From contig JAAILG010001136.1 of the NCBI GenBank assembly GCA_012026655.1, positions 1 through 64,000 on the forward strand: a stretch of 64,000 nucleotides of DNA, read 5' to 3'. The stretch is from Hydrolagus affinis (taxonomy: Eukaryota). The position numbers and the translations under genes were made by a program. This document shows positions 35,598-48,225 of the stretch, in pieces (the stretch's first letter is position 1; every line of letters starts with the position of its first letter). The notes under the pieces are model-generated. The model was not told where the DNA came from, made no database searches, and was given only the letters and a program-made list of their open reading frames with translations.

Positions 35598-35910
35598 ATA
35601 ATAATAATAATCCTTGCGTTTGATATTGCGCTTTTTCACATCTTCTAGACGTCTCAAAGCGTTCCACAGAATATACTATAAGGTGAATTGACTGTATATT
35701 TGTGGGCGAAATGCGGCAGCCAATTGCGCACAGCAGCGTCCCCTACAAACAGTCATGGATTAAAATGACCAATTTTTTTTTTTTCGAAGCATTATTATTA
35801 GGCGTGTGGAGTAAGGAAACTTGCCCAAGGTTTCGCCCTGACCTGCCTGGATTCGAACACATCTCACGTTTGGAAGGCGAGTGCTCTTACCACTGAGCTA
35901 CAGGACTCCA
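35598..35910 (-). mobile_element. Full-length tRNA-derived SINE
   Basis: Reverse complement of the 21854 family, ending ccactgagctacaggactcca. Confidence 0.9.
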
Positions 35911-36218
35911 AACTATCATCAATGTTTCTTTCAATGTTTGTCTCAAAGAACTTTATGCGCTGTGCTTTCACAGAATTAACTGTTGACTTCCCCAAAGAAC
36001 GTATCATATGAATTCTCTTTATGCACCGGTATCTGAATTGCCTCCATTGATTGACTTTCCCAGATCACAGCAATAATTACTGGTAGATACAACTGGCATG
36101 TATCAGAAATGAAGAAATGTCTGAATAAATACTGTGGTAAAGACAAGATCTAATGTCAGGATTATTATTATTATATTATTCTTATTTTTGCCTCTGCAGA
36201 GAAGAAGGATGGATATTA

Positions 36219-36510
36219 GAATAATTCTTGCGTTTGATGTAACTCCTTATGTCTTCAGGACGTTTTGAAGCGCTTCACAGAATATGCTGTAAAGTTAATA
36301 TACATTAACTGTATGTTTTGTGGGCGAAAAGGAACAGCCAATTGCGCACAGCAGTGTCCCCACAAACAATGGTAGATTGAGTGACCACATTTTTTTTAAG
36401 GATCTGACCAATAACTGTGTTCCTACTTACTGCTGGGTGCACAGGGGCGTGCGGAGTAAGCAAACTTCCACAACAATTTGCCCTATCTCCCGGGAATCAA
36501 ACCTAGGTTC
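36219..36510 (-). mobile_element. tRNA-derived SINE, diverged
   Basis: Family tail, core and partial head (cgggaatcaaacctagg). Confidence 0.75.
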
Positions 36511-36726
36511 ATGAAGCTTCAGGGCTCCATAGTTTGCCTGGAGTTGTGATCTGAAAAGATATGGCTAGCTCTTTCAAGTTTCTTGAAATAGGAAAATATT
36601 AAAAGATGCATTTATTTTTGGTGCACTTTTTGGCTGCCATAAAAATACTGTGAGGTAAGTATGAAGGAATTAATGAAAATAGAATTGACGAAAATGGAGT
36701 TGATAAATACAGGTAACCACATTTAC

Positions 36727-36805
36727 CTATTTTTATTTGTCTTGTAATCTGCTTTTAGGATTGGTTTGCACGGTTCAGGCTTTTTTCCATCACGCTGTGG
36801 TTTCC
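36727..36805 (-). CDS. STXBP5L: Tomosyn-2 exon, 79 nt (KPQRDGKKPEPCKPILKADYKTNKN)
   Basis: Acceptor actag, donor GTAAAT, phase 1 to 2; CKPILK motif of tomosyns. Confidence 0.9.
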
Positions 36806-37106
36806 CTAGTGATCAAAAGACAAAAAACACAATGTAATCACTTCAGAATTTTTCTTAATTAGAATGAACATTGGATTCGCTCAACATTAAAGTTACAGGA
36901 CTGTCAATTCAATTCAACTCTCAATTCTATTATCCTCTTCTGTTTTCTGGAGAGTCCCTCCATTGGTTTCCCCGCCATCACCTTTTTAATGACATACAAT
37001 GACTGTGCTATGCAATACTTTAGGTGATAAAACGATCACATTACTTCCTCGTATTATACCAGCATATTTCAATATTTCATATTTTATATATACCAGCATA
37101 TTTCAA

Positions 37107-37610
37107 CAGGCGGGCGGGTAACTAGACATGAGGTGTAGGGGGTGAGGAGGAGGCATGGTTGGGATGAGGGAGGGAAGAGAGGGCGACTGAAGGCACGGTC
37201 GAAGAGGAGGGTCTTGAGACTGGCCTTGAAGAAGGTAAGGGAGGGAACAAGGCGAAGGGATTGTGGGATGGAGTTCCAAAGTGTGGGGCAGAGAGGCTGA
37301 AAGCCCGGCCGTCAATGGCAGGCTGGGCTGGTCTGGCGGGAGACATGGAGCACGTCGGAGCCTGCTGAATGGAGGGAGCAGAAGGTTGAGAGTCAGCAGG
37401 TCACAGAGACAGCAGGAGGCAAGGCTATGGCGAGCCTTGAAAATGAGGACAAGGATCTTGAATTCAATCCTCAGAGGAATGGGGAGCCAGTGGAGTCGGG
37501 TGAGGGGAGGTGGTGGAGGTGATGAGATAGTGGGGCCTAGTTCAGGAGAGGACACGAGCTGCGGAGTTTGGGATGATCTGCAGCTTGTGGAGGGAAGAGT
37601 TGGGGAGGCC
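37107..37610 (-). mobile_element. L2 LINE 3' ORF2 fragment
   Basis: ORF 37103-37612 contains LTRLHWLPIPLRIEFKILVLIFKA. Confidence 0.88.
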
Positions 37611-37716
37611 AATTTTGGATGAAAGATAATCTGAATTATATTAATATTAAAAGGGAATTCTGGACATTAAGATAATGCATGTGTAGTTTTTTTTTTAGCT
37701 TTTCAGAATTACTTAC

Positions 37717-37840
37717 CATGTGGCACTGTGATCTGAAAGGGTTTGGTGGGATTTCTAAAATTCCAAAGGGTTAAGCTCCCATCTGAATGGCTACACATGA
37801 ACTGCCTTCCTTCATGATGCCAGCTGACAGAATGAATAGC
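37717..37840 (-). CDS. STXBP5L: Tomosyn-2 exon, 124 nt (AIHSVSWHHEGRQFMCSHSDGSLTLWNFRNPTKPFQITVPHG)
   Basis: Acceptor tttatag, donor GTAAGT, phase 0 to 1; conserved WHHEGxQFMCSHSDGSLTLWN motif. Confidence 0.94.
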
Positions 37841-38202
37841 CTATAAAATGGGATGTTACACAATAACATTATACACTTTTCAATGCAACACTATAGACAC
37901 TTGATTAAGTGTTTCTCGAGCTGCATAACAGCTGTATTGAGAATGGATGTCCAAGTACTGTATATTACTCAATAAAAAGTTCACAAAAGTTAAACTTAAT
38001 TGGCTTTATTCTCCTATATTGATTTGAAACCCAGGCACAGTGAATGTTAAATAAACCACTCTTATCAAACCAAAACTGGTATGAGAAGTGATTCTCTGAA
38101 GATCCTTGATGGTATGAAATTATAATCGGAAATTCCCAGGAAAGAATAAAACGCTCCCAAACTTACAGACCTTTGGGGAATCTCTCCTATGGAATTATAT
38201 GT

Positions 38203-38590
38203 GTGTCAGCTTGGCTCAGTTCTCCTTTGAGTGAGAAAATTGTGGGTTCAAGCTCCACATGTTGACTTGAGGTGTCACTGTAAGATGACACTCCAATGCA
38301 GTACTGGGGATGTGGTGTACTGTTGGAGATGCCATCATTCGGATGACGTGTTAGACTGAAGCCTATTTTTTCCTATTCAGGTGGACGTTAAAGATCCCAT
38401 GGTACTATTCGAAAATAGAAGAGTTTCTCTCCCAGAGTCCTGGCCAACAATTCCCCAAATCAATCACTTGTCGTGATTTTTGTGCAAATTGTCTGCAGAA
38501 GTTTGCCCACAACAAAGTCATTGTGTGCTTTGAGATGTCCTCCATATACGAAAAGATGCAAAACCAAATGTAAGGATTATCATTGCTATA
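38203..38590 (+). mobile_element. Old Deu-domain SINE (SacSINE1/AmnSINE1-like), near full length
   Basis: tRNA-like head ttggctcagt...gggttcaagc, Deu core tgttggagatgccatcattcggatgacgtgttagac...caggtggacgttaaagatcccatggtactattcgaa...gtcctggccaa, L2-type tail. Confidence 0.75.
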
Positions 38591-39212
38591 TTCTATACAG
38601 GTTAAGCAAAACAATTTCAGTCTGAAAGAATAGTGTCATAGAATAATCTACAAAATTGACAGGAAAAAAAATCAGAAAATGTATTTTATTAATCTGACTC
38701 ATTTTGCTAAACATTGATGCATCTTTCACACTGATTGTGGGCACCTCTTTATTTCCTGACACTCCTAGGCTATCTAGCTTAGTCAATGTGGTGGAGGTGC
38801 TATACCGATCAGATCACATATCTTTTGAGATCCCAACTAAGGCAGCTTTCAGCATGGAGCGGGTGTTTCTTGTGAAAACAACAATAAACTTGCCATTTTA
38901 AAATTTGGTGCCATTTATTTTTCATTGAAGAGAAAGACACCGCATTGTTGAAAACATACATTTTCGTTAAAATGAGTTTTCTTTTAACTAAAACTGCAAA
39001 TAATATACATTTATACATTTAATATATTTCAAATAATATACAGTTACCTTCAAAACATAAGGTAATCTTTCGGTGCTTTCCCATAGTAAATGTACCCATC
39101 TTGGCCTGATTGTTTTGTACATTTATAATGAGTGTGTAGTAGAAAAGCACACAAAAAGCAAATCAAATTGTGGATTCAACTCTTCAGATGATGCGTAATT
39201 AAAAGGCATTAA

Positions 39213-39540
39213 ATAATAATCATCCTTGCATTTGAAATAGCGCCTTAACACACCATTGAAAGGTCTCAAAGTGCTTCGTTACAAAATGTAGTGATTAAAT
39301 ATTTGTAGGTGAACATGACAGTCAATTTGTGCTTAGCAATGTCCCACAATAACTGTGCAGTGAATGACCAATGTTATCTTGTGCATTGTTGGCCAGGCAG
39401 CAGGAGAAACTCCCTTCTGTATTCAAATAGTGCCATGGGATCTTTAACAGCCACCTGAACAGGCAATCAGGACTTTGGCTTAATGTTTCATCTGAAGTAC
39501 AGCATCTCTGACAATTAAGACTGATGGAGTGGCATCCTAG
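39213..39540 (-). mobile_element. Old Deu-domain SINE
   Basis: ttggccaggc...aatagtgccatgggatctttaac...ccacctgaacaggca is the reverse complement of the Deu core; inverted relative to the 38203 copy. Confidence 0.75.
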
Positions 39541-39798
39541 AATTCTCGTCAAGTAAATAAATAAGTTGCTGAATCACATCATTTCAAAATCATTTCACGT
39601 GTATAAATAATAATCCCTACATTTCCAGTCAGGAGGAGATCACAAAATGCTTCACGGGATAACCCGTTAGGTGCAATGACTGTATACTTTGTACCATCCC
39701 CCTTTCTAATTGAATATAGTCTATGGAAATCAACACCATATTTTGATTCATGTTTTAGCCAACAATTTTAAAATGTAATTTTAAATGAATAATAACAG

Positions 39799-40085
39799 TA
39801 ATAATCCTTGCATTTGATAAAGTGCTTTTCACGTCTTCTCAATGTCTCAAAGCGTTCCATAGAATATATTGTAAACTGAATTGACTGTATATATGAGGGC
39901 CAAACATGGCAGCCAATTCGGCACAGCAGTGTTCCACAAACAGTCGTGGATTTAAATGATTTGAAGGAATATTATTAGGCATGTGGAGCAAGGAAATTTG
40001 CCCAAGGTTACACCTTGCCTGGAATTGAACCCAGATCTCTCGCTTGTAAGGCGAGTGCTCTAACCACTGAGCTACAGGACTCTAC
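39799..40085 (-). mobile_element. Full-length tRNA-derived SINE
   Basis: Tail, core and complete head (ctctaaccactgagctacaggactc). Confidence 0.9.
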
Positions 40086-43000
40086 ATTGCATTGTATTGT
40101 AACATTTGATAAGTTATTATGGTTTCCTCACTTTGGGCCAACAAAATTATTTTGAATCATTTAGACGGTTTCAATAACAAATACTTAACCGAGATTTGCT
40201 GAGTTTATTAGATTTTTGGCCAGTTTCAAACCCTCAAACGTTTTCTAAACATATCGAAAATTGGATTAAGATTGCGTAATGGTGCTTTGAATATTAAATA
40301 CAATACAATTTATATTGCCTTTCACACTGGGAGAACTTCTCAAAGTGCTTTTCACAGCTGTCTGAGCATCCAAGTGGGATAGAATAGACCCTCACTATCG
40401 AGTGCTACTCGTGAGACAACTAAATTGTACATTTCAGGCAGGGCAGTCGACCGGAACAAATAACTGAGAAAACATTTACAGCTATGGTTAACTCATAACA
40501 ATGTTTACACATATATATATATATCAGAAGTCCAATTTTTTTTCCTAGGGATTTTTCCTTGTAGGGATAATGAAAATACATGATGCAGATCAGTGACTAA
40601 TTTCTGTCCAATCGTTCCTTGATTGTGTTTTGTATTTATATGATGTGTTTTAAGAACTGCAACATAGATTTTTAACAAGGCCAGATCAATATAGGTTGAT
40701 TGTTTGTGCTGGCTTGAACAGAATTACTGACGAAAGTGGCTGTGCTGTTTACTTGTCATTTCAGGACCCTCATTTTTAAGTACAGTAGTTCTGTGTGTTA
40801 GTTATTATCAGCTGTAAAGCAGTCAGTGTTGGAACAATTCTGCTTCGGCAGGATTCAAAAACATATCTGCCAAATCCTGCAGACTCTGAGTCTAGATGCA
40901 GGTAGATTCAGAGATTCAGAGGTTCTTGCTTCTTCAATTAATTTTACGATTTCAATCTCTTCAGTTGTTCAAGCCAAGCTTGTGTTTTCCTTTCTCATGT
41001 AACCTATTTGTGCCTTTGATTAAGAACCTCCACAAACACATATTCTGTAAATACACTCAAAATAACCAGAAGGAGGAAATAATGCAATCATTTAGGACTT
41101 TGATGAAGTGTCAGCACCTTCATGAGGATTTGAATTGTTTAACCTATTTCAGCTAACCTCCACCCCCTCACCCCCACCGCTCACATTTATATTGAAGAAC
41201 AATGGGATGAATAACAAATAGGTCAGAATAGCAAGTATAATCAATAGACAGTACAGTGCCAAATGGAACAGATGAGACAATTAACATTCACGTTTAATTC
41301 ATGTAGGCAGCCCAACTAGCTACTTAAAGTGATGTGTCAGCCATTTCATTTTGTTCGAAGATGCAGAACTGACAGCCATCTTCAGTGTGCCCAGGGCTAT
41401 TTTACAAGTACAATCTCATAAGATATTGAATTCAACTAGGGAGTATCTTTGTCCTTTTTGAAAAATTGTTCAAAATGGCATTAGAATTTGTCGCAGTAAA
41501 TAATAAATTTTAATGAGAACCTATGATGTGGGAAGGAGAGGGGAGGGAGAACACATCCAAATATAATTACCTGCCAACACTGACTGTAAGGTTAGTAGAT
41601 TTTTGTTTATAACAAAACATAAACTGTTTTGTTACCTTTACTATGGCATCAACCAGAAAGGAACACAGCTGTCTGGGAAACACCCAGATTTCCACATTAA
41701 GGTGGTCTGCTACTTCCCCGAGATTCTTGTGCTCCTCTTAAATCATAGCAACCTGGGAGATTCAATAGTCGATTTATATTCTTGGAGGTTAGAAAGGGAA
41801 ACATGCAAAATATTGCTTGCCAGAAATATGTATTCTTTAACAGTTAAACCCATCAAATTCTCAGGTATAATATCCTTGGCTTCTGACCATTCCTTTCAGT
41901 TTGCTGCACAATTGGCTCAACTGAACAAAAAAAATTAAGTGGGAATTAATGAGTGGCATAGTTGGACTGAAGTTATGGAATTAATTAATGGGTGTTACTG
42001 TATAGCACAGGTCCACTGCTTTTTTTCTCTCTAAGGAAAGACCTTCAGCCCTAACAAAGTATATTTAAGTAACAGGAGAAAAGGAATGCAAAGATTCATC
42101 TAAGATAAAATCTCCACCATCTGTCAGTGTCAACGTGACTTGCTAATCATCTCACCCGAATTTGTTAAGCATTGAAAGATAACAATTTGAACATTGGAGT
42201 GTTTTACAAAGAATGTGGGAATCACTCAAGCGGAAGGCAAGGCAGAATTGAGGATGTTGATCAAAGGTACTGTACTTTCATAAGAGAGTGTTGATGGTGG
42301 GGACAGAAAGCGTGTGGCAAAGGGATATTGAGAAAGTATTGTAAAACTGAAATATGTAAATTATATATTATATAAATTTGGATAAATATGTAATTGTTAT
42401 ATATATCTATAGAACATGAAGTATTATTGCAGCATATTAGGTCCTAATATCAGTTTCCCCAACAAGCTCTGCAGTTGGACATTATTAGGCTCCTATTTAG
42501 TAACAAAACTGCTATTTGTTGAGCTCACTCAGTTTTTAACCACATTCTTAAGATATTTTATATAATTAACTTTTGGAAAATCAACTTTTTGTATCATGAA
42601 AAATGCCAAGACTGGAAGATACAGTAACAATCGTTAAGTTTATAATATGTTGGTGGCTTACACATTGAATGTAAACCATTGTCAATCTTGCCCCTGGTGT
42701 TGTGATCTTGTTGTTTGAGAGTTAGGTTCAGTTAGCAGGACTCATCAATTAGAAAGTTGCAGATTTAAACTTCATCTCAGAACTGTACCTTACATCTAAT
42801 CTGATACTCGTATGAAACACTGGGGAATTGCGAGAGAAGTTTCTCTTAGTGTGCTGACCGTGAATCCTCCAGCTTAATTGTGTAATCGCCTTGTGGCTGT
42901 TTGCACGTATAGCCATTAATCAAAAGAACTATGAGATTGAAGCATGGTGATTTGTCCCGTGAACTCATTCCTGCATCATTTTCACTCCCGTCATGCCATG

Positions 43001-44469
43001 CATAACAATGTGCGTAACTCTATCATTTTCACTTCTCATACTGTTCTTCTCATATTCTTGTTGCGTTTTTCCATCTCGGGAAAGCAATCTGCAAATATCT
43101 TTTACAAACAACAAAATTACATTTGTATAGCGCCTTTCACATCCGGTGGACATCCCAAAGCACTGGGCAGGCAATGTTTCAGACCCGAGCTGGGGTTGAG
43201 ATCGCGGGGGTGAGGGGGGTGGGGGATTTGGGGTTTTAAAAACAAAAGACTGTTTTTAAACAGACTACCAAGATTCGCTGTTAAAGGGAGAACGTTTTCA
43301 CGTGGCACATTTGATCAGTGAGAGAGGCATCTATGATGCTTTCTGATATTTGAGTGACCACAGCTGTTGCCAGTCAGTATAATGAGCAGTGCAATCAGGC
43401 TAGCAACCGGTAGTCCAGAAGAAAATGGGTTAGGAAAACATCTTGAAAACTTGCAGCAGTGCACCATTTGGGAAGCCTGTTATATTACATTAATCTCCCT
43501 CCTGCAGACCTCAATAAAGCTAGAGCAAAGAGCGTATTCTGTTTGCATTAATGTTTGCATTAATTAATCTTTCTAAAGCTTGATTGTATTTGTATTCATT
43601 ATTTTCAATGTAAATATTGCACACGTAGTGGGATTTTACAGGTGTAATTCTTGTTAATACAATTTGTAGAACATAGAAAATGAGAGCTTACAAATTTCGA
43701 GGACATTATCGTGAATAAATATCTCACGTAACCACAATGATTTGCTGTTAAATGTAGGGACTATTTTTGGAGGCAAATGCACAGACATTTGCATCAGGTC
43801 CCAAAGTATCCATAGGGCTGAATAACCAATTGATTTAAACTGAGAATACAAACAGAAACACATTTCCCTGTTTGAATGGTGTTATGAGATCATCAGCATC
43901 CAACTGAACAGGCAGAAGGCACCTCAATTAACATAATAATTATTAATGATAATCCTTACATTTGATATAGCGCTTTGTTATGCCATCAAGGCATCTCAAA
44001 GTGCTTGTCTGTCTGTCTGTCTGTCTTCTCCTATCTATTCTATCTACATACATTTTGCCCACAAATATACAGTCAATTCACTTTACAGTATATTCTGTGA
44101 AGTGCTTTGGGATGTCTACAAGATGTGAAAAAGCGCTGCATCAAACGCAAGGATTATTATTGTTATTAGTATACCAATAAAACTATAAAGCCTGTCTATG
44201 CTTGAAGAAGGATCTCAATAAATAATTGATGTAGAGACATGATTTACATCTCACTGGAAAGGCCTTGCACCTGGGAGTGACATGGTTATGTTTAGTTTGG
44301 GGGCACTGTATGTGCTATTGTTTATGAGCTGTTTTCAGTTTAGTATTTTTATCTGCAGGTACTCCCAGTGGCCCCTGAGTCAAAGTGGTCTGTGGGCATC
44401 ACAGAGCACCCACCGATATATCAAGCACACCCTGCAGCTACACCTGGCTGGTTGGTAGGGTGGCAAAGG

Positions 44470-44850
44470 CATGGGGGAGAGGGTTTGAAGATGAGGATCA
44501 GGATCATGAACTGTATCCTCTGTGTGATGGGAAGCCAGTGGAGTCGGGCGAGGATGAGGGTAATACGGTCACTGAGCCCAGTACGAGAAACAGACTGCTG
44601 AGTTCTGGATGATCTGCAGCCTATGGAGGGTGGAGTTGGGGAAAGTCCCGACAAGCAGGGAGTTTGCGTAGTCGAGCCTGGATGTTATGAATGCGTGTAC
44701 GGTGGCCTGCGGTGTGAGACAATTGTGGAACTGGGCAATGTGGAGGTGGGGGAGGCAGAGTGGGTCATGGCAATGATGTGGGGTAGAAAGGACAGTTGAG
44801 AGTCAAACAAGACCCCAAAGTTCTGGACTGGCTCAGTGAGGTGGATACCC
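44470..44850 (-). mobile_element. L2 LINE ORF2 fragment
   Basis: ORFs 44421-44654 and 44685-44870 give [18 protein letters not shown] and ILARLHWLPITQRIQFMILILIFK. Confidence 0.85.
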
Positions 44851-44963
44851 CACCAAAATAAAGAACACATCTGAAGCTAAGCTGCGGCAACAGCAACAAA
44901 ATTACATTCTAATAGCGCCGAGTCCTCCCGAAATAAATCCTTCTACAGGAATCCTCTCAGATG

Positions 44964-45065
44964 AATATATATCAAGATGAAATGTCTGTCTGTGTGTCAA
45001 TCTACATTCCATATTTGATCCTTTGGTTGCAAGCAAAGCTGCAAAGCATAAAGGGTACAGCTAGT
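44964..45065 (+). mobile_element. Possible short non-autonomous Helitron-like element; related copy at ~200-256
   Basis: atatatatcaagatgaaatgtctgtctgt start and gggtacagCTAGt end; ctacattccata..gatcctttggttgcaa is shared with 201-231. Confidence 0.35.
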
Positions 45066-45629
45066 CTTTAATACTTAGATACCAGCTGGCTGCGCTCTAA
45101 CATGCCTGGTGACTCGTGCTGGGATACAGTTTCATAAAGAAAGGCAGGCCACCGGTATCTTGCTCCAGTGATCATTCTTCATATGCAAGCCTAGATAATG
45201 AGTGTCAGCAGCTGTTCCACCATACAGGGCACATTAGCTGAGCCCAACACTGTTTTCCTTCAGTATCTGTTCTACCCAGCAGAGGTCATTTGATAGCTAA
45301 CACAAATAGGAAGCCTAGCTGATTTGTTTTCTCTGCGGAGCAGTAAGAAGAAGCAGTAAGGCCAATTTTAGCTCCCCAGCCCCAATCTCAACTAACATCA
45401 GCTACAACCAATGGAGTGAATAGCCAATTTAATTGGAGGATTGTTATCCAGGTCACAAAGGAGAAATACTCTTCTCTTTTTGAAGGGTGTCGCAGTCTGT
45501 GAATTGAATCTGACCGTCTGGTTTAGAGGTGCACAAGGTGAGGGGTAGACTATATGGAATGGGCTATCATGGGAACGCAGAGATACTCTTTACAACAAAT
45601 CACAGGTCCTTCGACTTCAAACAATAAGT

Positions 45630-45775
45630 ATGCTGTGTGCAATTGGCTGCTGCGTTTCGCCCACAAATACACAGTCAATTCACTTCACAGTATTTTTTGT
45701 GAAGCACTTTGAGACATCTAGAAGTCGATAAAAAGCGATATTCAAATGCAAGGATTATTATTATTACTATTATTA
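45630..45775 (+). mobile_element. SINE 3' half
   Basis: tgctgtgtgcaattggctgc core and ggattattattatt tail. Confidence 0.85.
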
Positions 45776-46144
45776 TCCAGCCCGGGATGCCATTTTCTTA
45801 GATGATGATTGATCTGTAACTCAATGCCGTCTGTCCACTTGGTCTCCTAACCTCCATTAATCCTTCCAGTTACTCACTCATTCCAAGTTGTAATCTTCAT
45901 CAACATACTTTACATGTTAATCACACATTTGCAAACCCCAAATATTTTCATCAGGCCATTGGGGCAAATGCTTTTATGCTTAACATTTTACCCAGAAAGG
46001 TACTGTAATACAAACCAAACTCCCTTCTAAACTTTTCAAAGATACCACAGATTCTCGAACGGAACACGAAACACATTTCTGTACCTGGCTTGCTCTTTAG
46101 ACAGGGGAGTCCTGTATTTTTCAAAACATTAATAACTTACTTAC

Positions 46145-46228
46145 CTCATCATAATAAAACCTGACATCTGCCCGTTTAGACCTCAAGTCCCACAACACAA
46201 CTGTTCCACTTTCAAATCCCATGAGGAG
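46145..46228 (-). CDS. STXBP5L: Tomosyn-2 exon, 84 nt (LLMGFESGTVVLWDLRSKRADVRFYYDE)
   Basis: Acceptor ttttcag, donor GTAAGT, 28 codons without stops; WD40 peptide matching tomosyn LLIGYENGTVVFWDLKSKRAELRVYYDE. Confidence 0.93.
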
Positions 46229-47587
46229 CTGAAAAAGAAAATTGGAAAATTTAATCAACGCACAAGACATATGTTAAAGCCTATTTCAAAACTTCCAGAA
46301 TATAGTTGTACATTAACTAGAATATTTTAGTGAACCAATATGATGAGGCATATGTAACTGTTACATCTTATACTTCCATACAATGAGAAAAAATTACATG
46401 GGAATACAAAATGCAAAATTTACATATATTATTTAGATGGAATAATAATGTAAAGATGACATACATTTTTAAATGCAACATCTATCCACTACCCAACTAC
46501 CCATAAGCTGAAGTTAACAAACACTCCAAAATGATGAGAGTTCTAGAAAGTAGCAATCTAAACCAATGTATGCAAAATTCCTAATGTATTAAGGATAAGC
46601 ATAAAGTAGATATGAATTTACCCATCTTTCCAGTACTTAGCCTCAAGACAATGATTCAAATGTGAACATTGACAGACTATTCAATTGCGAGTAGTGTTTT
46701 AGGTGAGCCCAGAATCTGGGAATCAAGCCCAGGACCCAGCAAGGGAAGACAGCAGGTTGTGATACACAAAATCCCTAGTATTGCTTTGTCTCTGCTACCA
46801 GAGATTCAACTTGAGGTGCAGAATACCAATAAGAAAACTTACTTTGTAATAAAATTGTTTTGGGCAAATTAGGAATTAGAAATTTTAAGCAAAAGTGCTC
46901 TGCTAGACATTCCTGCTTTTAAAAATAATGGGTTACTAAAGCCAATTTGGTGTGACAAAGCATACATTATAACGGAAACTACAAAACATTAAGAATTAAA
47001 AGGCTAATGGAAATATCAATTGTGATACTCATCAATTCTGTGAAAAAAAATCAATAACTCTGCAGGATCCGAGAAACAGACCTAAATTTAAAAATATGCA
47101 AATGTTTTTGTTCTCGTTGCTAATGTTATATTGGTACGTGCCATTAATTTTGATCTTCCAAGCTTGCAAAGTTTTAATATTGAAACAATTTCCGAGTATT
47201 AACAATGACTTAACACACCACCTGCTTGTGTTCCATTAATAAGATCTCCAACTGAAAGCTTTCCTGTTCTGTTTTGTTTTGTTCTGAAAACACAAACATC
47301 ACGTAGAACCAACACCTATTAAGCAAAGGCCTTCTTGTCATTTGTTGCTTGGCTGCCAGCCAGGAAGGATCAAACCAGGTAGTACCAAAAAAATTTCCAT
47401 TAAAGCCAACCGTACAATACTGTACTGTAATGATTTTCTAACAGACGACCTTTCCCCATCACTCTCCATAATCACACATAAAGGGTGATGTTTTAACTTC
47501 TCTAGATCTTGGGGGAAGCAATCTTAAGATTAATGTAAAGGAGGACAATGGCCCTCCTTTCTGGCATGGACTGTGGACACTGTGTTG

Positions 47588-47962
47588 CGGAGTCCTGTAG
47601 CTCAGTGATTAGAAGCACTTTGAGATGTCTCGAAGACATGAAAAGTGTTTTGTCAAATGCAAGGATAATTATTGTTATTGATACAACCTTACATTACAAG
47701 CGTGAGACTTGAGTTCAATTCCCGGCAGAGCAAAACTGTGGGCAAGTTTCCTTACTCCGCACGCCTAATAATAATCCCTCAAAAAAAATTGGTCATTTCA
47801 ATCCATGACTGTTTATGGGACACTGCTGTGTGCAATTGGTTGCTGCATTTAGCTCAAAAGTACACAGTCAATTCGCTTTAAAGTGTATTCCGTGAAGCGC
47901 TTTGGGAGTCTGAAAGATGTGAAAAGCGCTATATAGGGTGCGAGGATTACCATTATTATTAT
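47588..47962 (+). mobile_element. tRNA-derived SINE with a second tail fragment inserted in its head
   Basis: ggagtcctgtagctcagtg head, tail fragment 47615-47680, then B-box, core and tail. Confidence 0.8.
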
Positions 47963-48019
47963 TAAACTTTCCTGAAAAAATTAATGTCTTGAAAAATAAT
48001 GTATGCAACATTCCTATTA

Positions 48020-48225
48020 AATAATAATCCTTGCATTTGATGCAGCACTTTATCAAGTCGTTGAGACATCTTAAAGCACTTCACAGAGTATACAGTAAAG
48101 TGAATTGGCTGTATATTTTGTGGGTGAAATGCGGCAGCCAATTGCGCGCCCTGTTGGGATTCAAACCCAAGTCTCTCGCTTGCGAGGCGAGTTTTCTAAC
48201 TGAGTTCTGAGCTACAGGAGTCCAC
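48020..48225 (-). mobile_element. tRNA-derived SINE with internal deletion, tail-to-tail with the previous copy
   Basis: Family tail and head (ctgagctacaggagtccac). Confidence 0.85.

Noticed and set aside
37055-37106. 18-bp direct duplication next to an L2 fragment
   Set aside because: Both copies are on the same side of the element, so it is not a target-site duplication; ordinary local duplication.
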